Part shown: in pieces, positions 10,424 through 20,461 of the stretch
Layout of the letters: each line of letters opens with the position of its first letter
Position numbering within the stretch: the stretch's first letter is position 1
Origin: an uncultured delta proteobacterium
GTDB taxonomy: Bacteria > Desulfobacterota > Binatia > DP-6
Length of the DNA: 64,000 nucleotides
Direction of reading: 5' to 3'
Assembly: GCA_963815115.1 (NCBI GenBank)
Contig: CAWFFN010000009.1
Coordinates: 1,536,001 to 1,600,000 of the forward strand
Program-made: the position numbers and the translations under genes
Notes under the pieces: generated by a model
Told to the model about the DNA's origin: nothing
What the model saw: the letters and a program-made list of their open reading frames with translations, nothing else
The model's database searches: none

Positions 10424-11290
10424 TCACCTCCCCAGAAGTGCGCTCGCCGTCCCGATGACGGTGACGGTCCCATCGGTCTTGGTGCTCCAGACGTCGAGAA
10501 GCGCGCGGCGCTGGGCTCCCTCCGGCACGATCTCGCGGACGAGCCCCCTCGCCGTGATCGTGTCGCCCGGCCACACGACGTTCACCAGGCGGACGTCGAG
10601 CTTGCCGCCGTGGTGCCAGCCGGCGCCGTAGCGCAGGGCCAGCGCATCGGCGACGAAGCACACGGACATCATTCCCTGCACGACGATGTCCGGAAAGCCG
10701 AGCGCGCGCGCCATCTCCCGATCGGTGTGGTAGTTGCGGCCGGGTCCCGAGAACGCCTGGCACATCTCGTGGGTGACCGCGCGCGTCCGGGGTGGCAGCG
10801 CCTCGCCCGGTCCATCCGGCAGCTCGAAGCGGCGCTCGGGACGGCGCTCGCGGTCCTTGTCGACCACCAGCGCCTCGCCTGGATCGTCGGCGACGAAGCT
10901 CTGGTGCGTGCGGCTGCGCTGCAGCCAGCGGCCGGCGGGCGTCGTCCACAGGACCTCGGCGACGACGTAGTCGCGGCTGCGCTTGCGATAGCGCTCGACG
11001 ACGGTGACGTGCGAGCGTACCGGATCGCCCACCCGCATCGGATGGAACAGCTCCCACTCCTGACGGGCATGGAGGTTGCCGATCAGATTCGGCAGGTACC
11101 AGGAGAGGTCCCGGTAGACCTCGGAGTGGTAGCAGAGCGCCGGTGCGGAGTCGCCGGGCAGGTCGTCCCCCGCCGTACCGGCCCGGTAGCGGTCGACGTC
11201 CGCGCTCGCGACGCACAGCTCACGGCCGCCGACGTCCTGGCCGACGTGCACCTCCCGAGGGGCGAACAGCGGGGTCGCGGTCGAGGGCAC
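10424..11290 (-). CDS. MaoC-like double hot-dog dehydratase
   Basis: GTG start ~11290 within ORF 10424..12070. LHARQEWELFHPMRVGD; NYHTDREMARALGFPDIVVQGMM; VWPGDTI. Confidence 0.8.
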   Translation of the reverse strand: MPSTATPLFAPREVHVGQDVGGRELCVASADVDRYRAGTAGDDLPGDSAPALCYHSEVYRDLSWYLPNLIGNLHARQEWELFHPMRVGDPVRSHVTVVERYRKRSRDYVVAEVLWTTPAGRWLQRSRTHQSFVADDPGEALVVDKDRERRPERRFELPDGPGEALPPRTRAVTHEMCQAFSGPGRNYHTDREMARALGFPDIVVQGMMSVCFVADALALRYGAGWHHGGKLDVRLVNVVWPGDTITARGLVREIVPEGAQRRALLDVWSTKTDGTVTVIGTASALLGR

Positions 11291-11344
11291 GGCCCAAGCT
11301 AGCGTAGCTTCGGCCGGGCTGCCAGGTGTATCTCCGGAAGCTGC

Positions 11345-11938
11345 ATGGCGATCTACCTCCTGCGACACGCCGAGACCGACGGCAATGCGACCCGCGTCGT
11401 CCAGCTCCCCGGAGCCCCGCTCAGCGTCCGCGGCCGCGATCAGGCCGCACGGCTCGCCCGGCGGCTCGCCGGGGCCGGCATCGTGCGAATCGTGTCGAGC
11501 GATCTGGCGCGAGCGCTCGAGACGGCTGACGCCCTGCGTGCAACGACCGGCGCGCCCCTCGACGTCGATCCGACGCTCGCCGAGCGCAACTACGGCGACG
11601 TCCGCGGTACGCCGTACAGCCAGCTCCCGGAGGACATCTTCGCTCCCGGCTACGAGCCGCCCGGGGGCGAGACCTGGGCGGTGTTCCACGCCCGCGTCGA
11701 CGACGCGTGGGACCGCCTGCTGCACGTCGCCGCCGACACCGACGGCCATCTCGCGGTCGTGACCCACGGCCTCGTCTGCGAGGCGATCCTCGACCGCCAC
11801 CTCGGCGGCGCGCCGGACGACGACGTCCGGCGCTGGGGCAACACGGCCGTGACCCTCGTCGAGCCGCCGAGGACGGTCCGGCTTCTCGGGTGCACCGCGC
11901 ACCTCGACGACGGCGCGGCCCACGGCGGCGCCGTCTAG
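11345..11938 (+). CDS. Histidine phosphatase family protein
   Basis: LLRHAET, SSDLARA, LAERNYG, PGGET, VVTHG. Confidence 0.9.
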   Translation: MAIYLLRHAETDGNATRVVQLPGAPLSVRGRDQAARLARRLAGAGIVRIVSSDLARALETADALRATTGAPLDVDPTLAERNYGDVRGTPYSQLPEDIFAPGYEPPGGETWAVFHARVDDAWDRLLHVAADTDGHLAVVTHGLVCEAILDRHLGGAPDDDVRRWGNTAVTLVEPPRTVRLLGCTAHLDDGAAHGGAV

Positions 11939-12081
11939 CCGATCCTGCCCGCGAGGCCAGCGTGCCTCCATCGAGGCGCGGCCTCGGCTTGACGACTCCC
12001 ATTCGCAGAGGGCAAGACGTCGACCGTCCGTTCGCGACCGCGCCGTACAGAGGAGCACGCCGCGCCCCACTGCACCCCAAG

Positions 12082-12390
12082 ATGAGGCCCGGCAGCATCA
12101 GGCTGGTCGTCCGGCGGTTCGTGCCAGCGCCGTTACGCAGTCTTCGTGGACTCCGGGCGAATCGCCGGGCGAGTCCCGCCGGGCTCTTCGGGCGTATCTA
12201 CCGCGACAAGCTCTGGGGCGAAGGGAAGCACGAATTCTTCTCTGGCGTCGGGAGCTACACGCCCGACGTCATCGAGCCGTACGTGACCGCCGTGCGTGTC
12301 TTCCTGTCACGGTTCTCGTCGCTCCCGGTCGTGGTCGACGTCGGCTGCGGCGATTTCGTCGCCGGCCGCAGGCTCGCTGACCTGACGGCC
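12082..12390 (+). pseudogene. N-terminal fragment of a class I SAM methyltransferase
   Basis: FGRIYRDKLWG..FFSGVGS..VVDVGCGDF (motif I). Similarity stops at the 3' end of the convergent P450. Confidence 0.6.
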
Positions 12391-12394
12391 CCGG

Positions 12395-13585
12395 CTAGCG
12401 CGGCCGCCAGACCACCGGCATGGTCTCGATGCCGACGATGAAGTTCGACGGCCGCCGCGGCAGGGGGTCGTCGGTGGCGAGCTCGAGATCGGGGAGATGC
12501 CGCAGCACCTCCTCGAAGAACACGCGCAGCTCCAGGCGCGCCAGGCTGGCGCCCAGGCAGTAGTGCGCGCCGAATCCGAAGGCGACGTGCTCGTTCGGGG
12601 TGCGCGCCGGGTCGAACACGTCGGGATCGCTGAACTGGCGCGGGTCGCGGTTGGCGGATGCATAGAGGAGCATCATCTTGTCGCCCTCGCGGATGCGCTC
12701 CCCGCACAGCGTGACGTCGCGCGTGGCGGTCCGGTTCATGTTCTGGATCGGCGTCACCCAGCGCAGCATCTCCTCGATGGCGAGCGGGATCCGCTCCGCC
12801 TCGCGGGCGAGCGCCTCGCGCAGGTCGGGATGACGGATGAGCTGCTCCATGCCGCCGCTGAGCACGTGGCGAGTGGTCTCGTCGCCGCCGACCAGGATCA
12901 GCAGGCTCTCCTGCAGGATGTCCTCGTCGCTCAGGCGCTGGCCGTCGATCTCCGCGTGCACCACGACGCTGACGAGATCGTCGCGCGGCCGGAGCCGGCG
13001 ATCGGCGACGACCCGCCGGTGGTAGTCGGCGTACTCGAAGAAGGCGTCGCTGGCGCGCTGCAGGAGCTCGGGCGCCGCCGAGGCGGAAAGCCCGCAGATC
13101 ATGGCGTCCGACCAGCGCAGCAGCAGGTCACGGTCCTCGGGCTCCACGCCCAGCAGATCGCCGATCACGATCATCGGCAGCGGCGCCGCCAGGTCGTGCA
13201 CGAAATCGCAGGCCCCGCGCTCGGCGACACGCGCGATCAGCTCCCTGCAGACCTCGCGGATGCGCGGCTCGTGGTGCGCCACCCGGCGCGGCGTGAAGCC
13301 GCGGTTCACGAGGTTGCGCCGTTGCTTGTGCAGTGGATCGTCGAGATTGATCATCGACGGGATCGCCGGCGAGTCGGGCCGTGAACCGTGGCGCGAGCAG
13401 AAGGTCGGCGGATCGCGTGAGAGCGCCATCACGTCCTCGTAGCGCGTCACCCCCCAGATGCCACCCGCCTCGTCCCAGTAGACGGGCGCGTGCTCGCGCA
13501 TCCACCGGAAGTGCGGGTGCGGATCGTCGGCGTAGAACCGACCGTCGAGCAGGTGGATGGCCGGGTTGTTCGCGTGAGCGGGCAC
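12395..13585 (-). CDS. Cytochrome P450 (CYP142/CYP125-like)
   Basis: I-helix LILVGGDETTR, ExxR (EEMLRW), heme motif FGFGAHYCLG. Start GTG 13585 is tentative (ORF open to 13666). Confidence 0.93.
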   Translation of the reverse strand: MPAHANNPAIHLLDGRFYADDPHPHFRWMREHAPVYWDEAGGIWGVTRYEDVMALSRDPPTFCSRHGSRPDSPAIPSMINLDDPLHKQRRNLVNRGFTPRRVAHHEPRIREVCRELIARVAERGACDFVHDLAAPLPMIVIGDLLGVEPEDRDLLLRWSDAMICGLSASAAPELLQRASDAFFEYADYHRRVVADRRLRPRDDLVSVVVHAEIDGQRLSDEDILQESLLILVGGDETTRHVLSGGMEQLIRHPDLREALAREAERIPLAIEEMLRWVTPIQNMNRTATRDVTLCGERIREGDKMMLLYASANRDPRQFSDPDVFDPARTPNEHVAFGFGAHYCLGASLARLELRVFFEEVLRHLPDLELATDDPLPRRPSNFIVGIETMPVVWRPR

Positions 13586-13710
13586 GTGCGGGCCGGTCGG
13601 GCGCCGGTGACGCAGGGGGTAGTCCACCAGCCGCGCGCGTGTCAACAATCGCAACGGCCATGGCACGCTCAGGTTTGACCTCGCCGACCGGCCTGGGCTA
13701 ACCGAGACGC

Positions 13711-14553
13711 ATGCGAGAGCTGAAGAACAAGGTCGTGGTCATCACCGGCGGCGCGAGTGGAATCGGTCGCGCGCTCGCCGATCGCTTTGCCGCCGAGGGT
13801 TCGACGATCGTGCTGGCCGACATCGAGCCGAAGGCGCTCGAGGAGGCGGCCGCCGCGGTTCGCGCCGGCGGCGCGACGGTGCTCGCGGTGCCCACCGACG
13901 TGAGCAAGCCGGAGCAGGTGCAGGCGCTGTGCGACCGGACCGTGGCCGAGTTCGGCCGCGTCGACGTGGTGTGCAACAACGCCGGCGTGGCGGTGAGCGG
14001 CCCCGCGTGGGAGCACACGCTGGCCGACTGGCAGTGGGTGCTCGACGTGAACCTGTGGGGTGTCATCCACGGCGTGCGCACCTTCGTCCCCGTGATGCTG
14101 CGGCAGGGCGGGGAGGCACACATCGTCAATACCGGCTCGGTGGCCGGGCTCACCAGCAACCCGTTCATGAGCATCTACAACGTGACCAAGCACGCGGTGG
14201 TCACGCTGTCCGAGACCTTGCACAAGGATCTCGGTCTGCTCGGGGCGCCCATCAAGGTCTCCGTGCTCTGTCCGGGCTTCGTGCAGACTCGGATCATGGA
14301 CGCGGAGCGCAATCGACCCGCGAATCTCCAGAACGCCACGCCCGCCGAGCACAACCCGCAGCTCGAGGGGATGGCGCGGGCCGCGATCGCCGCCGGGCTT
14401 CCGCCTGCCGAGGCCGCGGCGCAGGTCATCGACGCCGTCAAGCACGAGCGCTTCTACGTCCTCACCCACCCGGAGTTCGCGGCGCGCGTCCGCGAGCGCA
14501 TGGAGGACGTCCTCGAGGCCCGCAATCCGTCGCCGGCCCTGATGCTCGCCTGA
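13711..14553 (+). CDS. Short-chain dehydrogenase/reductase
   Basis: TGGASGIG, NNAG, YNVTK catalytic motif. Confidence 0.95.
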   Translation: MRELKNKVVVITGGASGIGRALADRFAAEGSTIVLADIEPKALEEAAAAVRAGGATVLAVPTDVSKPEQVQALCDRTVAEFGRVDVVCNNAGVAVSGPAWEHTLADWQWVLDVNLWGVIHGVRTFVPVMLRQGGEAHIVNTGSVAGLTSNPFMSIYNVTKHAVVTLSETLHKDLGLLGAPIKVSVLCPGFVQTRIMDAERNRPANLQNATPAEHNPQLEGMARAAIAAGLPPAEAAAQVIDAVKHERFYVLTHPEFAARVRERMEDVLEARNPSPALMLA

Positions 14554-14568
14554 GCGCAGCCCTCGAGC

Positions 14569-16185
14569 ATGCAGCCGTTCGCGCCGTGGGTGTGGCAGAT
14601 CCCGGAGCGCTTCAACATCGGGGTGGCGTGCACCGACGCGCACCTCGACACGCCGGTGGCCACGCGCGAGGCCGTGATCGTGGACCGCGACGAAAGGGCT
14701 CCGGAGGTCCACACCTTCGTGGAGCTGGCGGCGCAGACCAGTCGCTTCGCGGAGCTCCTGCGCCAGATCGCGTGCGCCGCCGGCGACCGGGTGCTCATCC
14801 GGCTTCCCAACTGCCTCGCGTACCCGACCGCCTTTCTGGGCGCCCTCAAGCGCGGGGCCGTGCCCGTCCCCACGTCGAGCCAGCTCACGGTGGACGAGGT
14901 GCGCTTCCTGGCCGTCGACTCCGGAGCCGCGGTCCTGGTCACCGACCGGTCCACGTGGAGTACGATGGGAGCGGCGCTCGAGCAGGGGACGGCGCTGCGC
15001 GAGGTGCTGCTGGTCGGCGACGGACCGCCACCCGCCGCGCGGCAACTCCACGCGCGCGCCCTCGAGCCGGTGCTGGCGGCGATCGAGCGCTGGGAGCCTC
15101 CGCATCCCACGCGCGCCGAGGATCCCGCCTATCTCGTCTACACCTCGGGAACCACCGGCTACCCGAAAGGCGTGGTGCACGCGCATCGCGCGCTGCTCGG
15201 GCGCCAGCCCTCGTCGGAGTACTGGTTCGACTTCGACCCGGCGGGCGACCGCGTGCTGCACGCCGGCCAGTACAACTGGACCTACGTCCTCGGGACCGGG
15301 CTCATGGATCCGCTGTACCGCGGTCACACGACGATCGTGCACGAGGGCGTTCCCGATGCCACGCGCTGGCCTGCACGCATCGCGCGCCACCGGGCGACCA
15401 TCTTTATCGGCGTGCCGACGATCTACCGTCAGATCCTGCAGAAGACCGCGTTCGGGCGGGCCGACGTTCCCACGCTGCGACACTGCATGAGCGCCGGCGA
15501 GCAGCTCTCCGCCGAGGTGCTCGCCGCCTGGCGCGAGCGCTTCGGCCTCGAGGTCTACGAGGCGCTGGGGATGACCGAGTGCTCGTACTATCTGTGCGAG
15601 ACCCGGTCACGGCCCATCCGTCCGGGCTCGGCGGGATTCGTGCAGCCGGGACATCGCGTGCGGCTGCTCGATCCGGACACGCTGGCCGAGGTGCCGGACG
15701 GCGAGGAGGGCATGCTCTGCATCCAGCGCGACGACCCCGGGCTCATGCTCGGTTACTGGCAGCAGCCCGAGGAGACCGCGGCGTGCTTCCGCGGCGACTG
15801 GTTCGTCACCGGCGACTACGCGCGCCGTGACGAGGACGGCTACATCTGGTTCCTCGGCCGCCGCGACGACCTGATCAACACGTTCGGCTACCGCGTGTCG
15901 CCCCACGAGGTGGAACGCGTGCTGAAGGGTCACCCCGAGGTCGCCGATGCTGCGGCCGTCGGCGAGACGGTGGGGGCGGAGAAGGTTCTCGTCGCGGCGT
16001 ACGTGGTGCCGCGATCGCCTGCACTCGCGCCCGGCGCCGTCCTGGCCTACGCCCGCGAGCATCTCGCCGCCTACAAGGCACCGCGCCTGGTCTACCTGGT
16101 GAACGACCTGCCGCGGACGCGGAACGGCAAGGTGCAGCGGCGCGCGCTGCGTCCCGCCGACGCGGTGGCGCGTGCCTCGTCGTGA
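14569..16185 (+). CDS. Acyl-CoA synthetase (AMP-forming)
   Basis: YTSGTTGYPKG, SAGE, GMTE, TGD, GRRDD, PRTRNGK. Confidence 0.93.
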   Translation: MQPFAPWVWQIPERFNIGVACTDAHLDTPVATREAVIVDRDERAPEVHTFVELAAQTSRFAELLRQIACAAGDRVLIRLPNCLAYPTAFLGALKRGAVPVPTSSQLTVDEVRFLAVDSGAAVLVTDRSTWSTMGAALEQGTALREVLLVGDGPPPAARQLHARALEPVLAAIERWEPPHPTRAEDPAYLVYTSGTTGYPKGVVHAHRALLGRQPSSEYWFDFDPAGDRVLHAGQYNWTYVLGTGLMDPLYRGHTTIVHEGVPDATRWPARIARHRATIFIGVPTIYRQILQKTAFGRADVPTLRHCMSAGEQLSAEVLAAWRERFGLEVYEALGMTECSYYLCETRSRPIRPGSAGFVQPGHRVRLLDPDTLAEVPDGEEGMLCIQRDDPGLMLGYWQQPEETAACFRGDWFVTGDYARRDEDGYIWFLGRRDDLINTFGYRVSPHEVERVLKGHPEVADAAAVGETVGAEKVLVAAYVVPRSPALAPGAVLAYAREHLAAYKAPRLVYLVNDLPRTRNGKVQRRALRPADAVARASS

Positions 16186-16189
16186 GGGC

Positions 16190-17461
16190 TCACGCGCGCG
16201 CGACGTCGAGTGACGCGGCCAGCAGGGCAGGTCGCGCGACCACCCCCACCAGCTTGCCCTCCGCATCGACGACCGGAAGCTGCTTGAGACGGCGCGCGGT
16301 CGTCAGCGTCAGGGCCTCGATGACCGGCGCCGTGTCGCGCACGGTGACGACGGGCGAGGTCATCACGTCGGCGGCGCGCTGACCGTGGCTGCGCCGGAGC
16401 TGCCGCTCCGCCTCGGCGCTCCAGCGGCTGCGCAGCCAGGTGAGGAGCCCCGGGCGCTCGGCGGGACTGACCCGGCCGAGCAGGTCGGCGCCGGTCACGA
16501 TGCCGATCGGACGGCCTTCGGCGTCGACCACGACCACCTCCTCGCTCTCGGACGACACGAGCGCGCCGACGACTTCCGCGAGCGGCGTGGTGCCGGGCAG
16601 CGCCGGCACGTCGCGCTCCATGATCTCGGCCGTCGTGCGGTGCTCCTGGGGCAGGTGAATGCCGTGCGGCGCCGTGCGACGCGCCCAGCCCGTGGCGATG
16701 CTCGACAGGATGTCGGAGCGCCCGAGGACGCCGACCAGGCGGCCGGCGTCGTCGACCACCGGCAGGCGCTTCAGGCGGCGCTCGTGCATCAGCTGCGCCG
16801 CCTCCCGGACCCGGGCGCTGACCAGGATCGTCACGGGAGGCGACGTCATCACCTGCGCGACCGTCGCGCCGCCGGTCTTCACCCGCTGGAGCAGATCCTC
16901 CACGGCTTCCGGCCCCGCGCCGCGGTGGAGCGGCAGCGCTCCCGCGACGAGGTCGCGGTCGAGCAGATCGCGGTCACCCACGACCCCGACGACGCGGCCC
17001 CCGGCATCGACCACCGGCAGCTCGTTGTAGTTGCGCGCGAGCAGCCGCTCGACGACCTCGACGGCGGGCATCTCGGGGGTCACCGATTCGGGCGTCGTGC
17101 ACATGAGATCGCCGACGGCGGCATCGGGAAGGCCTCCGGTGAACGCCGACGAATAGAAATGGACGTCGGTATCCTCGACGGTGACGACGCCGGCCACGAG
17201 CATGGCGGCCACCTCGGTGGCGAGACGCTGGATGCGCTCGGGGCGGTCGATGACCGTGATGACGATCGGCAGGTCCAGGGAGAGATCGAGCAGCCGCGCC
17301 GTCTTCAAGTGCGCCTGCGCGCCGAATCCCGCGATGCCTCGCGTGACCGTCGCGCCCGCGCAACCTTCGGACCGGAGCTTCTCGAGGATCGCCAGGTAGA
17401 GCGGTCCGTGGCGCCACTGGTCGGCCTCGCCGACGAAGACCGTCATCCGCTTGCCGTGCAT
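16190..17461 (-). CDS. DUF190 (PII-like) + tandem CBS domain protein
   Basis: ATG 17461. MHGKRMTVFVGEADQW..GCAGATVTRGIAGFG..LSLDLPIVI (DUF190), then four CBS repeats (LPVVDA.G.LVGV; VMTSP). Confidence 0.88.
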   Translation of the reverse strand: MHGKRMTVFVGEADQWRHGPLYLAILEKLRSEGCAGATVTRGIAGFGAQAHLKTARLLDLSLDLPIVITVIDRPERIQRLATEVAAMLVAGVVTVEDTDVHFYSSAFTGGLPDAAVGDLMCTTPESVTPEMPAVEVVERLLARNYNELPVVDAGGRVVGVVGDRDLLDRDLVAGALPLHRGAGPEAVEDLLQRVKTGGATVAQVMTSPPVTILVSARVREAAQLMHERRLKRLPVVDDAGRLVGVLGRSDILSSIATGWARRTAPHGIHLPQEHRTTAEIMERDVPALPGTTPLAEVVGALVSSESEEVVVVDAEGRPIGIVTGADLLGRVSPAERPGLLTWLRSRWSAEAERQLRRSHGQRAADVMTSPVVTVRDTAPVIEALTLTTARRLKQLPVVDAEGKLVGVVARPALLAASLDVARA

Positions 17462-17557
17462 CGCGACCGCCTCGACGCTCGCAGCCGTGTCCCGACCTTG
17501 GCAAGCGTCGCCCCGACGTGCAATAGGGGACGCGTTTGAGGGAAGGGGGTTGAGGGT

Positions 17558-19048
17558 ATGCGCGTCCTGTTCGTTCACCCGAGCCCGCTGATCTTCTCCG
17601 AGATCTACCTGCGGCTGGAGCCGCTCGGGCTCGAGACCGTGGCGGCGGCAGCTCAGGCCGCCGGGCACGACGTCCGGCTGCTCGATCTGCAGGTGTCGCC
17701 GCCGCACGTCTACCGCGAGCTGCTCGCTCGCTGGAAGCCGGAGGCGATCGGATTTTCCCTCAACTACCTGGCGAACGTTCCGGAGGTGATCGACCTCAGC
17801 CGGGAAGCCAAGGCCGTCCTGCCGGACGTTCGCGTGTTCGTCGGTGGTCACAGCGCCTCCTTCGTCGCCGAGGATCTCCTGGGCCATGCGGAGGGAGCCA
17901 TCGACTGCGTCGTGCGCGGCGAGGGCGAGGGCGTGACGCCAGACGTGCTGGAGGCGCTGGCGGGCGGTCCGGATCTGAAGACGCTGCCCGGGGTGGTCAC
18001 CGCGACCGGCTCGGGTCCGCCTCCGCTGCTGCTCCGCGACCTGGAGCGCTACCGGCCCGCGAGATCGCTCGCCGGAAAGCGCCACCGCTACTTCATCGGC
18101 GAGCTCGATCCGTGCGCCTCGGTCGAGTTCACCCGCGGCTGTCCCTGGGACTGCGCCTTCTGCAGCGCCTGGACGTTCTACGGCCGCAGCTACCGCAAAG
18201 CCTCGCCCGAAGCCGTCGCCGCGGACCTGGCGCGCATCCGCGAGCCGAACGTCTTCATCGTCGACGACGTCGCCTTCATCCGGCCCGAGCACGGCATGGC
18301 CATCGCCGACGCGGTCGAGCGCCGCGGCATCCGCAAGCGCTACTATCTGGAGACGCGCGCCGACGTGCTGCTGCGCAACCGGGAGGTGTTCGAACGCTGG
18401 GTGAAGCTCGGCCTGCGCTACATGTTCCTCGGCATCGAGGCCATCGACGAAGAGGGACTGCGCCTCCATCGCAAGCGCGTCGCGCTGGGCGAGAACGAGC
18501 GTGCGCTCGAGGTGGCGCGCGAGCTCGGCATCGTGGTGGCCGTCAACATCATCGCCGACCCCGACTGGGACGAGCGGCGCTTCGCGATCGTGCGCGACTG
18601 GGCGCTCGCCATCCCCGAGATCGTCAACATGACGGTCAACACGCCATACCCCGGCACGGAGACGTGGCACACCGAGTCGCGACGCTTCACCACCCGCGAC
18701 TACCGGCTCTTCGACGTCCAGCACGCCGTGCTGCCCACGCGCCTGCCGCTGCCGCAGTTCTACGGCGAGTTCGCCAAGACCATCGACGTCCTCAACCGCA
18801 AGCATCTCGGCTGGCGCGCGGTCTACGACATCTTCGGCATCGTCGTGCGCCTGCTCGCACACGGGCAGACCAACTTCGTCCGCATGCTGTGGAAGTTCGG
18901 CGACGTCTACAACGTCGACCGGCTGGTGGGCGACCACCAGCGTCCCGTGCGCTACCCGTTGCGACTGCCCCAGGTGACGGCGCCCACGCGGCCGTCGCAC
19001 GACACGCTGTACGTGCATCACCCGACGGCGATCGCCGCCGGGCAGTGA
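17558..19048 (+). CDS. hpnR: Hopanoid C-3 methylase (B12-binding radical SAM)
   Basis: N-terminus VHPSPL..IYLRLEPLGLE, NYLANVPEV, VGGHSASF, RGCPWDCAFCSAWTFYGRSYR, TPYPGTE, DYRLFDVQHAVLPT: all characteristic of HpnR as I recall the family. Confidence 0.85.
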   Translation: MRVLFVHPSPLIFSEIYLRLEPLGLETVAAAAQAAGHDVRLLDLQVSPPHVYRELLARWKPEAIGFSLNYLANVPEVIDLSREAKAVLPDVRVFVGGHSASFVAEDLLGHAEGAIDCVVRGEGEGVTPDVLEALAGGPDLKTLPGVVTATGSGPPPLLLRDLERYRPARSLAGKRHRYFIGELDPCASVEFTRGCPWDCAFCSAWTFYGRSYRKASPEAVAADLARIREPNVFIVDDVAFIRPEHGMAIADAVERRGIRKRYYLETRADVLLRNREVFERWVKLGLRYMFLGIEAIDEEGLRLHRKRVALGENERALEVARELGIVVAVNIIADPDWDERRFAIVRDWALAIPEIVNMTVNTPYPGTETWHTESRRFTTRDYRLFDVQHAVLPTRLPLPQFYGEFAKTIDVLNRKHLGWRAVYDIFGIVVRLLAHGQTNFVRMLWKFGDVYNVDRLVGDHQRPVRYPLRLPQVTAPTRPSHDTLYVHHPTAIAAGQ

Positions 19049-19076
19049 CGCGCTCGCGGTCCGTGATGCAGGTGGC

Positions 19077-20375
19077 GTGCTCGTTGCACGCCCACCGGCC
19101 ATCGCCTTAGGAGCGGCGTGCGTGCTCGACACCGACTCGCTCGTGCTCCGTCTCGCCGTGGCCCTCGGCGCGGGACTTCTGATCGGACTCGAGCGGGAGC
19201 GCCGCAAGGGCACCGGGCGGTCGCGCGCCGCCGCCGGCGTCAGGACGTTCGCCCTGACCGCGCTGGCCGGAGCGCTCGGTCTGGAGATCGGCGGCGAACT
19301 CGTGCTGATGGCGGCCGCCGTTTTCGTTGCGCTCCTCACCGCGCTCGCTTACCAGCGCACCGCGAACGCCGATCCGGGCCTCACGACGGAGATGGCCCTT
19401 CTTGCGACACTGCTCCTGGGCGCGCTCGCGATGCGCGAGCCGGCAGTGGCGTCGGGGGCCGCGATCGTCGTCGCCATCCTCCTTGCCTCGCGCGACCGCC
19501 TGCATCGCTTCGTCCGGGGCACGCTCTCCGACCAGGAGGTGCACGACACTCTCCTGTTCGCCGCCGCGGCCCTCATCGTGCTTCCGCTGACGCCGGATCG
19601 GGCGGTCGGTCCATACGGCGCGTTCAATCCGCGCACGATCTGGCGGCTCGTCGTGCTGATCCTCGGCATCCAGGGCGCCGGGCACATCACCGTCCGTGCC
19701 CTGGGTGCGCGCTGGGGCCTTCCACTCGCGGGCTTCGCGTCCGGGTTCGTCTCCAGCTCGGCGACGATCGCGGCGTTCGGCGCGCGCGCGAGACGGGAGC
19801 GCGCGCTCATGGGCGCGGCCGTGGCCGGCGCGGTCCTCTCGACCCTCGCGACCGTCGTGCAGATGGTGTTGATTCTCTCGGCGGCGGCCCCCGGCGTCCT
19901 GAAGGCGACGGCGTGGCCCCTCGCCCTGGCGGGGATCGTCGCCGCCGGCTACGGCATCGCCTTCGCGATGCGTGGAGCGAGCCGCACGGCCGATCTCCCG
20001 GGCAAGCCCGGTCGCGCGTTCGACCTGCGAACGTCGCTCGCGTTCGCGGCAACGATCGCGGTGGTGCTCGGGGTGTCGGCGGTGTTGACCGACGTCCTGG
20101 GACAGAGCGGGCTCATCCTCGCGGCGGCGCTCGCCGGGTTCGCCGACGCGCACTCGCCCGGCATCTCGGTCGCCTCGCTCGCGAACGTCGGACGCATTCA
20201 GCCGGATGACGGCGTGCTGCCCATCCTCGCGGCGCTCACCACCAACACGATCACCAAGGTCGTCGTCGCCGTGAATTCCGGCGGCGCGCGCTTCGCCTGG
20301 CAGGTCATCCCGGGGTTGATCGCCGTCATCGTCGCGGCATGGGGCGGCCTGACGATCGCACACCTTCAGCGCTGA
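19077..20375 (+). CDS. MgtC/SapB family membrane protein with DUF4010
   Basis: RLAVALGAGLLIGLERE, AGVRTFAL, GLTTE, GFVSSSAT; many TM helices. True start may be ~19122. Confidence 0.88.
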   Translation: MLVARPPAIALGAACVLDTDSLVLRLAVALGAGLLIGLERERRKGTGRSRAAAGVRTFALTALAGALGLEIGGELVLMAAAVFVALLTALAYQRTANADPGLTTEMALLATLLLGALAMREPAVASGAAIVVAILLASRDRLHRFVRGTLSDQEVHDTLLFAAAALIVLPLTPDRAVGPYGAFNPRTIWRLVVLILGIQGAGHITVRALGARWGLPLAGFASGFVSSSATIAAFGARARRERALMGAAVAGAVLSTLATVVQMVLILSAAAPGVLKATAWPLALAGIVAAGYGIAFAMRGASRTADLPGKPGRAFDLRTSLAFAATIAVVLGVSAVLTDVLGQSGLILAAALAGFADAHSPGISVASLANVGRIQPDDGVLPILAALTTNTITKVVVAVNSGGARFAWQVIPGLIAVIVAAWGGLTIAHLQR

Positions 20376-20461
20376 GGGGCGTGTCGCCTACCGCCAGTTG
20401 ATCTGAGCAGCTGTCCGGCAATACCGTGTGCCCTCGCCAATCCTGCTTCGGGAGGACCCAG

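Noticed and set aside
16190-19339. 1049-aa ORF as a single large CBS protein
   Set aside because: The N-terminal ~626 codons are mostly the antisense of hpnR; the real gene starts at 17461.
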